IMG/VR virus record: IMGVR_UViG_3300022752_000014
Length of the DNA stretch: 64,000 bases
Reading direction: 5' to 3' (one strand)
From: a virus
Lineage: Duplodnaviria; Caudoviricetes
The notes under the pieces are model-generated. The model ran no database searches and was not told the origin of the DNA. It worked only from the letters and a program-made list of their open reading frames with translations. A program made the translations under genes and the position numbers. This document shows positions 9,717 to 20,145 of this stretch, piece after piece (positions within the stretch are counted from its first letter, which is position 1; each line of letters begins with the position of its first letter).

Positions 9717-11153
9717 ATGTTCCATTCCGAACAATTGCAGGAAAAGTGGGCTCCTATCCTCAACTATGACGGTCTTGATTCAATCAAAGATTCGCACAGA
9801 AGAGCGGTAACCGCTGTCCTGCTAGAGAACCAAGAAAGATTTTTAAGAGAGCAAGCTTCTTTCGAGAGCGGCTCTATGGGAATGCTCACCGAGTCCCCAA
9901 CCAACAGCGCAAACTCAGCTGGTGGTTCAGGTGGTTTTGGTGGCACCTCCGCTGCTGGTGGTCCAACTGCAGGTTTCGACCCAGTTCTAATCAGCCTAAT
10001 CCGTCGTTCAATGCCAAACCTGGTCGCTTATGACCTCGCTGGCGTTCAACCAATGAGCGGTCCTACTGGACTCATCTTCGCAATGCGTTCACGTTATCAG
10101 AACCAAAGCGGTGCTGAGACCTTCTACAACGAAGTAGATTCAGCATTCTCTGGAAACGATGCTGGATTCGACGAGACCGCTGGTTATTCAGATGGTCCTG
10201 TTGGTTTCGGTACAACCGCACAGAGCGGCACCAACCCATCAGTTCTGAACCCAGTTGGTACTGCAACCACCAACCCCTCACCATATAACGTTGGTCAGGG
10301 TCTAGCAACTGGCGATGCTGAAAATCTTGATGGAAGCACCACTGATGCTTTCAACCAGATGGCATTCTCAATCGAGAAAGTCACCGTTACTGCAAAGTCA
10401 CGCGCTCTGAAGGCTGAGTACTCACTCGAGCTCGCTCAAGACCTCAAGGCAATCCACGGTCTGAATGCTGAAGCGGAATTAGCAAACATTCTCTCAACTG
10501 AGATTCTTGCTGAAATCAACCGCGAAGTTATCAGAACCATCTATAAGGTTGCTGAGCAAGGTGCTGTACAGAACGTTGCAACTCCTGGTATCTTTGACCT
10601 CGATGTTGACTCCAACGGTCGTTGGTCAGTTGAGAAGTTCAAGGGTCTTCTGTTCCAGATTGAGCGTGATGCAAACGCTATCGCTCAGAGAACTCGTCGT
10701 GGAAAGGGCAACATCATCATGTGCTCTGCTGACGTTGCTTCAGCACTGACCATGGCTGGTGTTCTTGATTACACCCCAGCACTCAACGCTAACCTCAATG
10801 TTGATGATACTGGCAATACTTTTGCTGGTACTCTGATGGGTAAATTCCGCGTCTACATCGACCCATATGCTGCTAACCTGACCTCTGCTAACGCAACTCC
10901 AGGTAATCAGTACTATGTTGTTGGTTATAAGGGTTCTTCACCTTATGACGCTGGTCTCTTCTACTGCCCATATGTTCCTCTCCAAATGGTACGTGCCGTT
11001 GGTGAGAACAGCTTCCAGCCCAAGATTGGCTTCAAGACTCGTTATGGTCTTGTTGCTAACCCATTCGCTGAAGGCACCACTCAGGGTCTCGGTAGACTGC
11101 GCCTCGACGCAAACCGTTACTACAGAAGAGTTGCTGTTAAGAACCTTATGTGA
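9717..11153 (+). CDS. gp23: Major capsid protein
   Basis: GVQPMSGPTGLIFAMRSRY, KSRALKAEYSLELAQDLKAIHG, FQPKIGFKTRYG. Confidence 0.99.
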   Translation: MFHSEQLQEKWAPILNYDGLDSIKDSHRRAVTAVLLENQERFLREQASFESGSMGMLTESPTNSANSAGGSGGFGGTSAAGGPTAGFDPVLISLIRRSMPNLVAYDLAGVQPMSGPTGLIFAMRSRYQNQSGAETFYNEVDSAFSGNDAGFDETAGYSDGPVGFGTTAQSGTNPSVLNPVGTATTNPSPYNVGQGLATGDAENLDGSTTDAFNQMAFSIEKVTVTAKSRALKAEYSLELAQDLKAIHGLNAEAELANILSTEILAEINREVIRTIYKVAEQGAVQNVATPGIFDLDVDSNGRWSVEKFKGLLFQIERDANAIAQRTRRGKGNIIMCSADVASALTMAGVLDYTPALNANLNVDDTGNTFAGTLMGKFRVYIDPYAANLTSANATPGNQYYVVGYKGSSPYDAGLFYCPYVPLQMVRAVGENSFQPKIGFKTRYGLVANPFAEGTTQGLGRLRLDANRYYRRVAVKNLM

Positions 11154-11173
11154 TCTATTTCACATAGATTCTC

Positions 11174-11202
11174 AAGGGGGACCCCAAAAGGGTCCCTTTT
11201 TT
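11174..11202 (+). terminator. Intrinsic terminator after gp23
   Basis: GGGACCC-caaaa-GGGTCCC followed by T6. Confidence 0.85.
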
Positions 11203-11223
11203 ATTCTAAATATTTAAAAAAAG

Positions 11224-11778
11224 ATGGCAAGAGCATCGCAGATAGAAAATAGAAATTTTCTATCACCAACAGGATTTAAATTCACATTAACTAGATTTCC
11301 TAAAGTTTCATTTTTTGCAAATGAAGCAAATATACCAGAACTATCTTTAGGCGTTGCTAATCAACCATCATATCTAAAGGATATTGATATTCCTGGAGAT
11401 AAAATTATTTTTGGTGATTTAAATCTTAGGTTTATTGTTGATGAAAATTTAGAAAATTATAATTCAATTCAAAAGTGGATTCGTGGTTTAGGGTATCCAG
11501 AAAAACTTGAGCAATTTGCTGAATTAAACAATTCGGATGCTTATGGTGGAGCAAACTATGTTCAAAAAGGATTGAACATTTATTCTGACGGAACTCTTCA
11601 AATTTTAACAAGTAGTCAAATACCAAACTTTCAAGTTCAATTTAAAGATCTTTTCCCATATAGTTTAGGAACACTTACATTTGATGCAACACAAACTGAT
11701 ATTCAATACTTTACAGCAGATGTAAGTTTCAAGTATACTATCTACAATATAACTGATTTGTCAGGCAATCCCTTATGA
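11224..11778 (+). CDS. gp3: Tail completion / sheath stabilizer protein
   Basis: NFLSPTGFKFTL, ANIPELSLG, DLFPYSLGTLTFDA; position after gp23. Confidence 0.85.
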   Translation: MARASQIENRNFLSPTGFKFTLTRFPKVSFFANEANIPELSLGVANQPSYLKDIDIPGDKIIFGDLNLRFIVDENLENYNSIQKWIRGLGYPEKLEQFAELNNSDAYGGANYVQKGLNIYSDGTLQILTSSQIPNFQVQFKDLFPYSLGTLTFDATQTDIQYFTADVSFKYTIYNITDLSGNPL

Positions 11779-12212
11779 GTGTTGATCTTGATACTATTCA
11801 AGAAATGTGGGAGAAAGATTCAAAAATAGATATGGATAATCTCCATACAGAATCTACAAATATCCCAGTTCTTCATGCAAAATACTTTGATTTATATAAT
11901 ACTATCTTTCTCCTAAGAAAGAAAGCAGAACAACAAAGAAAAAATATTCGTCACGAAAGATATGAGTATTATTCTGGAAAGGCAGATCCAGAAACATATG
12001 TAGAAGATCCGTTTCCCAAAAAGATTCGTGATAAAGACACAATGCAAAAGTACCTTGATGCAGATGAAAAACTTTCAACAGTGTGTTTAAAGATTGATTA
12101 TTACGATACGATGCTTGTTTATATTGAAAGCATTCTAAAGATGATTCAAAACAGGACGTATCAAATCAAGAATGCGATTGAGTTCATGAGATTTAACGCT
12201 GGACTGGGGTAA
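11775..12212 (+). CDS. uvsY: Recombination mediator UvsY
   Basis: LHAKY, YYSGKA, YLDADE, RTYQIKNAIEF. Confidence 0.92.
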   Translation: MSVDLDTIQEMWEKDSKIDMDNLHTESTNIPVLHAKYFDLYNTIFLLRKKAEQQRKNIRHERYEYYSGKADPETYVEDPFPKKIRDKDTMQKYLDADEKLSTVCLKIDYYDTMLVYIESILKMIQNRTYQIKNAIEFMRFNAGLG

Positions 12213-12240
12213 ATAAATATTCATAGATGCATGAGACATC

Positions 12241-13719
12241 GTGAATACGACAGACCTTGTTATATCCAAATCAAACGAAGTATTTTTGAAAATTAATACG
12301 GAACCCCATATCGAGTACGAACTTAGAGACCACTTTAAGTTTGAGGTTCCTAATGCAAAATTTATGCCCCAGTACCGTGGAAGGAATTGGAATGGGGAGA
12401 TTCATTTATATGATATGCGTTCAAAACAAATCTACGTTGGTTTGTTAGATAAGATTGTATCTTTCTGTGAGCAATACGGATACTCTTATAAGTTCGAAGA
12501 CAATAAGTTTTATGGACAACCTTTTGAAGTCAATGAACTTATTTCATATGAAGGTGTCAAAGATTATATGCAATCTATTTGCTCTCATTCTCCACGTCAG
12601 TATCAAATAGAGGGAGTATACGATGCATTAAGACATAATCGAAAGCTACTGATAAGTCCCACTGCATCAGGCAAATCTCTGATGATTTATTCGTTAGTGA
12701 GATACTATGTAGATAAGAACGAAAAAATACTTTTAGTCGTTCCAACGACATCTCTGGTAGAGCAGATGTATAAGGACTTTCAGGATTATGGTTGGGATGC
12801 TGAGACATATTGTCACCGTATCTATTCTGGTAGAGAAAAAACAAATGAGTTTCCAGTTACGATTACAACTTGGCAATCTGTCTATAAACTAGAACGCTCA
12901 TTCTTTGAAGACTATGGCGTCATTATAGGCGATGAAGCACATTTATTCAAGTCAAAATCTTTGATAGAGATTATGACCAAACTTCATCATGCTAAGTATC
13001 GTTTTGGTTTTACAGGAACTCTTGACGGAACACAAACTCACAAATGGGTTCTGGAAGGATTGTTCGGTCCTTCATACAAAGTAACAAGGACTGATGAACT
13101 GATGAAACAAGGTCATCTCTCTCAACTTGATATTCAGTGTATTGTACTTAAACATCCACCTCAAAAGTTTGAAACATATGAAGATGAAATTCAATATCTA
13201 ATCTCTCATGAACAAAGAAATAAATTTATTACTAATCTTACTCTTGATTTAAAAGGTAATACTCTGGTGCTATTCAGTAGAGTAGAAGCACATGGAGCAG
13301 TCTTATACGATAAGATAAATAGTCAAAAGCGAGATGATCGTAAAGTATTTTTTGTTCATGGTGGAGTGGATGCTGAAGAAAGAGAATTAGTTCGTGAGAT
13401 TACAGAAAGAGAAAACAACGCAATTATCGTTGCTTCTTATGGAACTTTTTCTACTGGTATCAACATTAAAAATCTCCATAATGTTATCTTCGCCTCACCT
13501 AGTAAATCCAGAATCCGTAACCTTCAAAGCATTGGACGAGTTCTTAGAAAAGGAAAAGACAAAGTAAAAGCAACACTTTATGATATCGCTGATGACTGCA
13601 CATATAACTCAAGAAAGAATTACACTCTAAATCACCTCATTGAAAGAATTAAAATCTATAATGAAGAGAACTTCAATTATGAAATAATCACTATACAACT
13701 TAAGAAAAATGGGAATTGA
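12241..13719 (+). CDS. uvsW: SF2 DNA helicase UvsW (GTG start)
   Basis: SPTASGKS Walker A, DEAH, TGTL, QSIGRVLR. Confidence 0.96.
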   Translation: MNTTDLVISKSNEVFLKINTEPHIEYELRDHFKFEVPNAKFMPQYRGRNWNGEIHLYDMRSKQIYVGLLDKIVSFCEQYGYSYKFEDNKFYGQPFEVNELISYEGVKDYMQSICSHSPRQYQIEGVYDALRHNRKLLISPTASGKSLMIYSLVRYYVDKNEKILLVVPTTSLVEQMYKDFQDYGWDAETYCHRIYSGREKTNEFPVTITTWQSVYKLERSFFEDYGVIIGDEAHLFKSKSLIEIMTKLHHAKYRFGFTGTLDGTQTHKWVLEGLFGPSYKVTRTDELMKQGHLSQLDIQCIVLKHPPQKFETYEDEIQYLISHEQRNKFITNLTLDLKGNTLVLFSRVEAHGAVLYDKINSQKRDDRKVFFVHGGVDAEERELVREITERENNAIIVASYGTFSTGINIKNLHNVIFASPSKSRIRNLQSIGRVLRKGKDKVKATLYDIADDCTYNSRKNYTLNHLIERIKIYNEENFNYEIITIQLKKNGN

Positions 13720-14098
13720 AGAAGACTTTTATGCAACAGTTAAATTGAAATCTGGAGAAGAAATCTTCGCAAAGGTAGCAGCCTCTGAAGAAGAAGATAG
13801 AACAATGTTGATTATTTCTAATCCAATTATTGTATCTGAAATTAAAGGTAGAATGGGTATTGTTGGATATAAATTAGAACCTTGGTTAAAAACAACAACA
13901 GAAGATATGTTCATTCTTAATTTAGAAGACGTTCTAACTCTAAGTGAATCTTCTGATATTGAAATGATTATGATGTATCAGTCTTATATTAGATCTGGGT
14001 CTAAAGATAATAAATCAAAGATTGATAGAAAAATGGGATATATTGCCAATGTCAATGATGCTAAAGAGATCTTAGAGAAACTATTTAAAAATAGCTAA
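13709..14098 (+). CDS. Conserved hypothetical protein (Sm-like fold possible)
   Basis: 129 aa ORF with VKLKSGEEIFAKV, between uvsW and gp55. Confidence 0.7.
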   Translation: MGIEEDFYATVKLKSGEEIFAKVAASEEEDRTMLIISNPIIVSEIKGRMGIVGYKLEPWLKTTTEDMFILNLEDVLTLSESSDIEMIMMYQSYIRSGSKDNKSKIDRKMGYIANVNDAKEILEKLFKNS

Positions 14099-14149
14099 AG
14101 ATAATCTTTTTAACCTCCACAAAGGTAATTGTACACAGTTTTGAATACC

Positions 14150-14178
14150 TTGTCAAGCATTTATTAAAATGGTATAAT
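14150..14178 (+). promoter_or_regulatory. Sigma70-type promoter for gp55
   Basis: TTGTCA-N17-TATAAT. Confidence 0.75.
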
Positions 14179-14203
14179 CTATACATAATAATGATAAAAA
14201 CTT

Positions 14204-14743
14204 ATGATAACCACAGCAGTTATGACCAAGAGAAAGAGGTCAGAGCACTACGTCAACAACAAAGAGTTTCTTGCAGCGATTATCAAGTATCGTGAAGATG
14301 TAGAAATAACCTTTATTAAGAAGTTCGGTAGAGAATTGACGAAAGAAGATCGTGCAAAGACTTGGGATACAAAACCTCCCATTCCTCGCTACATCGGAGA
14401 GTGTTTCCTAAAGATTGCGAATCACCTTTCCTTCAAACCAAACTTCGTGAACTATATGTTCAAGGAAGATATGATTTCTGATGGTATTGAAAATTGTGTT
14501 CAGTATATTCACAATTTCAATCCAGAGAAGTCCCAAAATCCTTTTGCATACTTCACTCAAATCATTCACTACGCTTTCCTCCGCCGCATTCAAAGAGAGA
14601 AGCGTCAACTAGAAATCAAAAATAAAATCCTAGAACGCTCAGGATTTTCTGAAGTATTCACTGACGATAATTCAGTTGACGGAGGGAACTATTCCGACTA
14701 TAATAGCATCAAAGATGGTGTCCATTCCAAACTTCGCTATTGA
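14204..14743 (+). CDS. gp55: Late-transcription sigma factor
   Basis: HYVNNKEFL, KPNFVNY, DMISDGIENC, NPFAYFTQII..AFLRRI. Confidence 0.95.
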   Translation: MITTAVMTKRKRSEHYVNNKEFLAAIIKYREDVEITFIKKFGRELTKEDRAKTWDTKPPIPRYIGECFLKIANHLSFKPNFVNYMFKEDMISDGIENCVQYIHNFNPEKSQNPFAYFTQIIHYAFLRRIQREKRQLEIKNKILERSGFSEVFTDDNSVDGGNYSDYNSIKDGVHSKLRY

Positions 14744-15784
14744 ATGAAAGTCGCTATTATCACTGACCAGCACTTCGGAGCACGAAAGAACTCTAAACTC
14801 TTTCACGATTATTTCTTGAAGTTTTATAATGATATTTTCTTTCCTACCCTAGAGAAAGAAGGTATCACAACGGTTATTGATATGGGTGATACTTTTGATA
14901 GTCGTAAAGGTATTGATTTCTCCGCTCTTTCCTGGGCAAAGAACAATTACTATGATCGCCTTAAAAATATGGGCATTCAAGTTCATACAATTGTAGGAAA
15001 CCATACTGCATATTATAAAAATACAAACGAAGTAAATGCTGTGGATTTATTGCTTCGTGAGTATGATAATGTGACTGTTTATGCTGAACCAAAAGAAGTT
15101 GTGATTGGTGGACTTAACCTTCTTTTTGTTCCTTGGATTAATCAGGATAATCAAGAAAAGACTCTTAAGATGATTAAGAAGACTACTTGTAAAGTTGCTA
15201 TGGGGCATCTTGAATTACAAGGATTTAGAGTAAACCGTTCAGTTGTAATGGAGCATGGACTGGAAGCAAATCTTTTTAAAAACTTCTTTAAGGTATTTTC
15301 TGGGCATTACCACACTCGTTCTAACAATGGAACTATTTTCTATTTGGGCAATCCTTATGAGATGTTTTGGAACGATGTAAATGATACTCGGGGATTTCAT
15401 ATTTTTGACACTGAAACTTTAGAACACAGTCCAGTTAATAATCCCCACAAATTATTTTATAATATCTACTATGAGGATACAAACCACCAAACATTTGATA
15501 CTCGTGAATATGAAAACAAAATTGTAAAAGTTGTTGTCCGCAAAAAAACGGATACTAAACAATTTGAAAAATTTGTTGATAAACTATATTCCTCAAATAT
15601 TTCAGAGTTGAAAATCATCGAAAACTTTGAAATGCAAGAGTCTGAAGAGTTTGAAGCATTTGAATCTGAAGACACCCTTTCAATCCTTAATAGATACATT
15701 GAGGAGGCAGAAGTTAATCTTGATAAATCAGTAGTTCAAAAAATGCTACAAGAAATTTATCAAGAAGCATGTGAGTTAGTTTAA
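14744..15784 (+). CDS. gp47: Recombination nuclease (Mre11/SbcD-like)
   Basis: TDQHFG, GDTFD, GNH, GHYH phosphoesterase motifs. Confidence 0.96.
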   Translation: MKVAIITDQHFGARKNSKLFHDYFLKFYNDIFFPTLEKEGITTVIDMGDTFDSRKGIDFSALSWAKNNYYDRLKNMGIQVHTIVGNHTAYYKNTNEVNAVDLLLREYDNVTVYAEPKEVVIGGLNLLFVPWINQDNQEKTLKMIKKTTCKVAMGHLELQGFRVNRSVVMEHGLEANLFKNFFKVFSGHYHTRSNNGTIFYLGNPYEMFWNDVNDTRGFHIFDTETLEHSPVNNPHKLFYNIYYEDTNHQTFDTREYENKIVKVVVRKKTDTKQFEKFVDKLYSSNISELKIIENFEMQESEEFEAFESEDTLSILNRYIEEAEVNLDKSVVQKMLQEIYQEACELV

Positions 15785-16056
15785 TGTTCATATTAACCAT
15801 CAATGGAAAAGAAACTGAAGGAGCATACTCAGTAGCAAATTCTGAAGGGGAGCAAGTCTTATATCTTTTTGAAGAGGAAGATGATGCTGTAAGATATGCT
15901 ATGATGTTAGAGGAAGATGGCAGTCCAGAGATGCATGTGATTGAGATTGAAGATGATGTGATGGTAAAAACTTGCGAAATTCATGGATATCAATACGTAG
16001 TTATTACTCCAGATGACATTGTAATTCCACCAAATTCTGATCATGATTTTATTTAA
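15784..16056 (+). CDS. Conserved hypothetical protein (DUF3110-like)
   Basis: 90 aa acidic ORF with LYLFEEEDDAVRYAMML, coupled between gp47 and gp46. Confidence 0.65.
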   Translation: MFILTINGKETEGAYSVANSEGEQVLYLFEEEDDAVRYAMMLEEDGSPEMHVIEIEDDVMVKTCEIHGYQYVVITPDDIVIPPNSDHDFI

Positions 16057-17755
16057 AACGATTCGTTGGAAAAATTTTCTTTCAACTGGAAATCAATATA
16101 CTGAACTTGATTTCACAAAAAATACAACTAATTTAATTATTGGTACGAATGGTGCTGGTAAGAGTACAGTATTAGATGCTCTTACTTTTTCTTTATTTGG
16201 TAAACCATTTCGCAAAATTAATAAACCTCAGTTGATTAACAGTGTCAATGATAAAGACTGTAAAGTTGAGGTGGAATTCTCCATTGGAAATGTTGAGTGG
16301 AAAGTTATACGCGGAATCAAACCAGCGGTATTTGAGATTTGGAGAAATGATGCCGTATTGGATCAATCTGCTGCCGCTTTAGATCAGCAGAAATGGTTAG
16401 AGCAAAATGTTCTGAAGATGAACTATAAGTCCTTTACTCAGATTGTAATTCTGGGTAGTAGCACTTTTGTTCCTTTTATGCAACTTCCTGCAGCTCACCG
16501 TCGTGAAGTGATTGAAGATTTGCTAGATATCAAAATCTTTTCTTCTATGAATATGATTATTAAAGAAAAGATTCGTCAATCAAAGGAAGATATCAAAGTT
16601 TTAGAACTTAAAAAAGAGTCTCTTCTTGATAAAGTTAAGATGCAGAAAGAGTTTATTGAGGAACTTGAGAATCGCGGTAATGCCAACATAAACTCCAATA
16701 AAGAAAAGATTACCAAGTTGGATAATGAAGTTGGTGTTTATATGAATGAGAATGCTCTCTTGGAAGAGGATGTCTTCAAGTATACAAAAGAGCAAGAGAT
16801 TGTTACCGGTGCGGCTGATAAACTTCGTAAGTTGGGGAATCTAAAAGGTAAACTCTCCCAAAAAGTATCTACCATTACTAAAGAACATAAGTTCTTCGCA
16901 GAAAATACGGTATGCCCAACCTGCACACAACCAATTGAAGAGACCTTCAGAATAAATAGAATTACAGACGCTCAAAATAAAGCGAAGGAGTTGCAATCTG
17001 GTTATAAAGAACTAGAGGAGGCAATTAAAGAGGAAGAGGAGCGAGAGCGTCAATTCACTACTCTTACGAAGGAGATTACAAAACTAACGCATGGCATTTC
17101 TCAAAACAATACTAAGATCGCTGGATATCAGAGACAAATCAGAGATCTTGAATCTGAAATTCAAACTATTACCGAGAACCTTGCAAACCGAAATTCTGAA
17201 CATGAGAAGTTAGAATCCTTCAACAAAAACTTAAAAACTACATACGACGAACTCGCTTCCAAAAAAGACACAATCAACTATTACGACTTTACGTATAGTT
17301 TGTTAAAAGACGGTGGAGTTAAAACCAAAATCATTAAGAAGTATCTACCGCTGATAAATCAGCAAGTTAACCGTTATCTTCAGATGATGGACTTCTATAT
17401 TAACTTCACTCTTGATGAGGAATTTAACGAAACCGTCCAGTCACCCATTCACGAAGATTTCTCCTATGCCTCTTTTAGTGAAGGAGAAAAAATGAGAATT
17501 GACCTTGCACTTCTTTTTACTTGGCGTGAAGTTGCAAGATTCAAAAACTCAGTCAATACTAATCTGCTGATTATGGATGAGGTATTTGATTCTTCACTTG
17601 ATGGATTTGGAACGGAAGAGTTTCTTAAGATTATTCGTTATGTGATTAAAGACGCAAACATTTTTGTCATCTCTCATAAGACAGGATTAGAGGACAGATT
17701 TGAAAGCGTCATAAAGTTCGAGAAAGTCAAAGGTTTTTCACGTATGGTGGTCTGA
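16043..17755 (+). CDS. gp46: Recombination ATPase (Rad50/SbcC-like)
   Basis: GTNGAGKS, CPTC zinc hook, FSEGEK signature, DEVFD. Confidence 0.96.
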   Translation: MILFKTIRWKNFLSTGNQYTELDFTKNTTNLIIGTNGAGKSTVLDALTFSLFGKPFRKINKPQLINSVNDKDCKVEVEFSIGNVEWKVIRGIKPAVFEIWRNDAVLDQSAAALDQQKWLEQNVLKMNYKSFTQIVILGSSTFVPFMQLPAAHRREVIEDLLDIKIFSSMNMIIKEKIRQSKEDIKVLELKKESLLDKVKMQKEFIEELENRGNANINSNKEKITKLDNEVGVYMNENALLEEDVFKYTKEQEIVTGAADKLRKLGNLKGKLSQKVSTITKEHKFFAENTVCPTCTQPIEETFRINRITDAQNKAKELQSGYKELEEAIKEEEERERQFTTLTKEITKLTHGISQNNTKIAGYQRQIRDLESEIQTITENLANRNSEHEKLESFNKNLKTTYDELASKKDTINYYDFTYSLLKDGGVKTKIIKKYLPLINQQVNRYLQMMDFYINFTLDEEFNETVQSPIHEDFSYASFSEGEKMRIDLALLFTWREVARFKNSVNTNLLIMDEVFDSSLDGFGTEEFLKIIRYVIKDANIFVISHKTGLEDRFESVIKFEKVKGFSRMVV

Positions 17756-17769
17756 ATCACCAAAGAACA

Positions 17770-17976
17770 ATGCAAGTCCCAAACTGGCGTCACCACTCCA
17801 AGAAAGAACAAAAACGAAAACTTAAACCGCAAGCACTGCGGCAAGCAAAAGCACGACTTGCCCAGTTTAAAAAGCGTCATATGGGTCGTCCAAAGGGCGA
17901 CCTTTCGTTTTATAATGGTTTCATACGAACAAAAACCAATGCCCGTCAGTCACGAAATCAAGTCCCAACTTGCTAA
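17770..17976 (+). CDS. Small basic hypothetical protein
   Basis: MQVPNWRHHSKKEQKRKLKPQALRQAK; its 3' part overlaps the next promoter. Confidence 0.55.
   Translation: MQVPNWRHHSKKEQKRKLKPQALRQAKARLAQFKKRHMGRPKGDLSFYNGFIRTKTNARQSRNQVPTC
17862..17916 (+). promoter_or_regulatory. Dyad box plus TATAAT promoter with no canonical -35 (copy 1)
   Basis: CCAGTT-N4-AAGCGTC dyad, GC hairpin, then TATAAT 49 nt after the box start; same spacing as 21244. Confidence 0.6.
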
Positions 17977-20122
17977 ATTGCTTGCTACGGAAGACCTTGT
18001 GGTTGAGCACAAGAAAGTAGCAACCGCTTGCTTCAACGTTCATACTCGTGTGCTCACGCTGCCTCTGTGGGAAAAGGCAAGCAACACTGTGTATGACCTG
18101 CTGGTGGGTCACGAGGTTGGACACGCTCTTTTTACTCCTGATGAGGATTGGACCGAGAAAGTAAAAGTTCCTGTCCAGTTTGTAAATGTGGTGGAAGATG
18201 CCCGCATTGAGAAACTGATGAAGCGTAAGTATTTGGGACTTGCTAAGACTTTCTTTAATGGTTATAAAGAACTGAACGAAGAGGATTTCTTTCAACTTGA
18301 AGACGAGAAGGTTGGTGAGATGAATCTTGCTGACCGTGCTAATCTCTGGTTCAAAGTAGGAAACTTCATTGACGTTCCTATTAAACGTGGCGAGGAGATG
18401 GATATTATCAATAAAATTGCAGAGACTGAAACGTTTGATGATGTTTTGTTTGCTGCAGAAGCACTTTATCAATATTGCAAAAAAGAGAAAGAACAGGAGC
18501 AGAAGGTTTCTAATTTTGATAATCACGAGACTCAAGGCAACTCCACTTCTTCTACTCAAGAAGAAGTAAAGACTGAAGAAAGTGATACTGAAGAAGATGG
18601 TGAAAAAAATAAACCTGAAGCGGAGCAAAGTGGTAATAATGAACTTAATCCAAATGGTCCTGATATTGTTCCCAATGACAATAAAGAACCTGAAGTTAAG
18701 ACTGCCGACAATTTGGAAGATAAAATTCGTGACTTAGTAAATGACGATGGTTATGAGAATGTTTATGTAGAAATCCCCCAAGTTAATCTTGAGACCATTA
18801 TTGGTAAGAACGAAGAAGTTCATACCCATATTGATGCTTCTTTTCACCAACAGCAAAAGTCCTACGAACAAACTCTAAAAGAAAATTACAAACATCTTAC
18901 TCCCGAAAGTTTGTTTCTGAAAGCAGATACTGAATTTAAGAAGTTTAAAGTATCCGCTCAGAAAGAAGTTAATTATCTGGTGAAAGAGTTTGAGTGCCGT
19001 AAAGCAGCAGATTCTTATTCCCGTGCTTCTATTGCTCGCACTGGAGTTCTTGATACTGCTCGTCTTCATACTTACAAATACAATGAAGATCTTTTCAAAA
19101 AAGTGTCTATAATTCCTGACGGCAAAAATCACGGTTTGGTGTTTATTCTAGACTGGTCTGGATCTATGTCCCAAGTTCTTACTGATACTTGTAAGCAACT
19201 TTTTAATCTTATTTGGTTCTGTAAAAAAGTCGCTATTCCTTTTGAGGTATATGCATTCACGAATGAATGGCGTCGTGGCGAACACGACTATGCTACTGGA
19301 ATGTTTACACCTGCCGACCGAACTTCTCATTATGAAAAGAAAGAAAATCTTCTTGCCATTGATGAAAGTTTTTCTCTGATGAATATTCTTACCAGTAAAG
19401 TTTCAGGTAAGGAACTGGAGCATCAGATGTTGAATATATGGCGTCTTGCTGTTTACTTTGGAGACACATATCAAACTCCTTACACTTATCCCAATCGTAT
19501 GTCTCTTTCTGGAACTCCTCTGAATGAAGCACTGGTTTCTCTTCATCAAATTCTTCCTAAGTTCCAACGTGAAAATAAACTCCAAAAAGTTCAATGTATT
19601 GTTCTGACTGATGGTGAGGCAAGTCATCTTCCCTATCATCGTGAAGTGAAACGTGCCTGGGAAAGTGAACCTTTTATTGGCACTCGTCATATTAATCCTC
19701 ACAATACTTTTCTCCGCGATCGTAAACTTGGGACTACATATAAGTTTGATTATGGATATCATGAATTTACTGATACTCTTCTTCACAATCTAAAAGATAA
19801 GTTTCCTTCAGTAAACTTTATTGGTATTCGCGTTCTTGAAAGTCGTAATGCTAATCGTTTTATTCATCTTTATCATAATGATATGGGCAAGGAATATCAA
19901 AAAATTCAAAACGATTGGAAAAAACTGAGGAGTTTTACGATTACGAACTCTGGATATGATGCTTACTTTGGTCTCTCAGCAACAGAACTTTCTCAAGATG
20001 CTGAGTTTGATGTTGCTGAAGATGCTACGAAGTCTCAAATTAAATCCGCTTTTGTAAAATCTCTGAAAACTAAAAAGTTGAACAAAAAACTTCTTGGCGA
20101 GTTTATTTCTCTCGTTGCCTAA
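17939..20122 (+). CDS. HExxH metallopeptidase-like plus VWA (CobT-like) domain protein
   Basis: HEVGH motif, NVVEDARIE, VWA MIDAS DWSGS and LTDGE; likely start MPVSHEIK at 17939 downstream of the promoter. Confidence 0.8.
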   Translation: MPVSHEIKSQLAKLLATEDLVVEHKKVATACFNVHTRVLTLPLWEKASNTVYDLLVGHEVGHALFTPDEDWTEKVKVPVQFVNVVEDARIEKLMKRKYLGLAKTFFNGYKELNEEDFFQLEDEKVGEMNLADRANLWFKVGNFIDVPIKRGEEMDIINKIAETETFDDVLFAAEALYQYCKKEKEQEQKVSNFDNHETQGNSTSSTQEEVKTEESDTEEDGEKNKPEAEQSGNNELNPNGPDIVPNDNKEPEVKTADNLEDKIRDLVNDDGYENVYVEIPQVNLETIIGKNEEVHTHIDASFHQQQKSYEQTLKENYKHLTPESLFLKADTEFKKFKVSAQKEVNYLVKEFECRKAADSYSRASIARTGVLDTARLHTYKYNEDLFKKVSIIPDGKNHGLVFILDWSGSMSQVLTDTCKQLFNLIWFCKKVAIPFEVYAFTNEWRRGEHDYATGMFTPADRTSHYEKKENLLAIDESFSLMNILTSKVSGKELEHQMLNIWRLAVYFGDTYQTPYTYPNRMSLSGTPLNEALVSLHQILPKFQRENKLQKVQCIVLTDGEASHLPYHREVKRAWESEPFIGTRHINPHNTFLRDRKLGTTYKFDYGYHEFTDTLLHNLKDKFPSVNFIGIRVLESRNANRFIHLYHNDMGKEYQKIQNDWKKLRSFTITNSGYDAYFGLSATELSQDAEFDVAEDATKSQIKSAFVKSLKTKKLNKKLLGEFISLVA

Positions 20123-20145
20123 ATACCTAAAAAGTATCCGTAGAT

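Noticed and set aside
17858-17938. Upstream TTG start for the VWA protein (754 aa version)
   Set aside because: It lies upstream of the gene's own TATAAT promoter, so ATG 17939 is preferred. Track starts at 21307, 26190, 27155, 32692, 35349, 48371, 48660, 51485, 53417 and 62597 were shortened for similar reasons.
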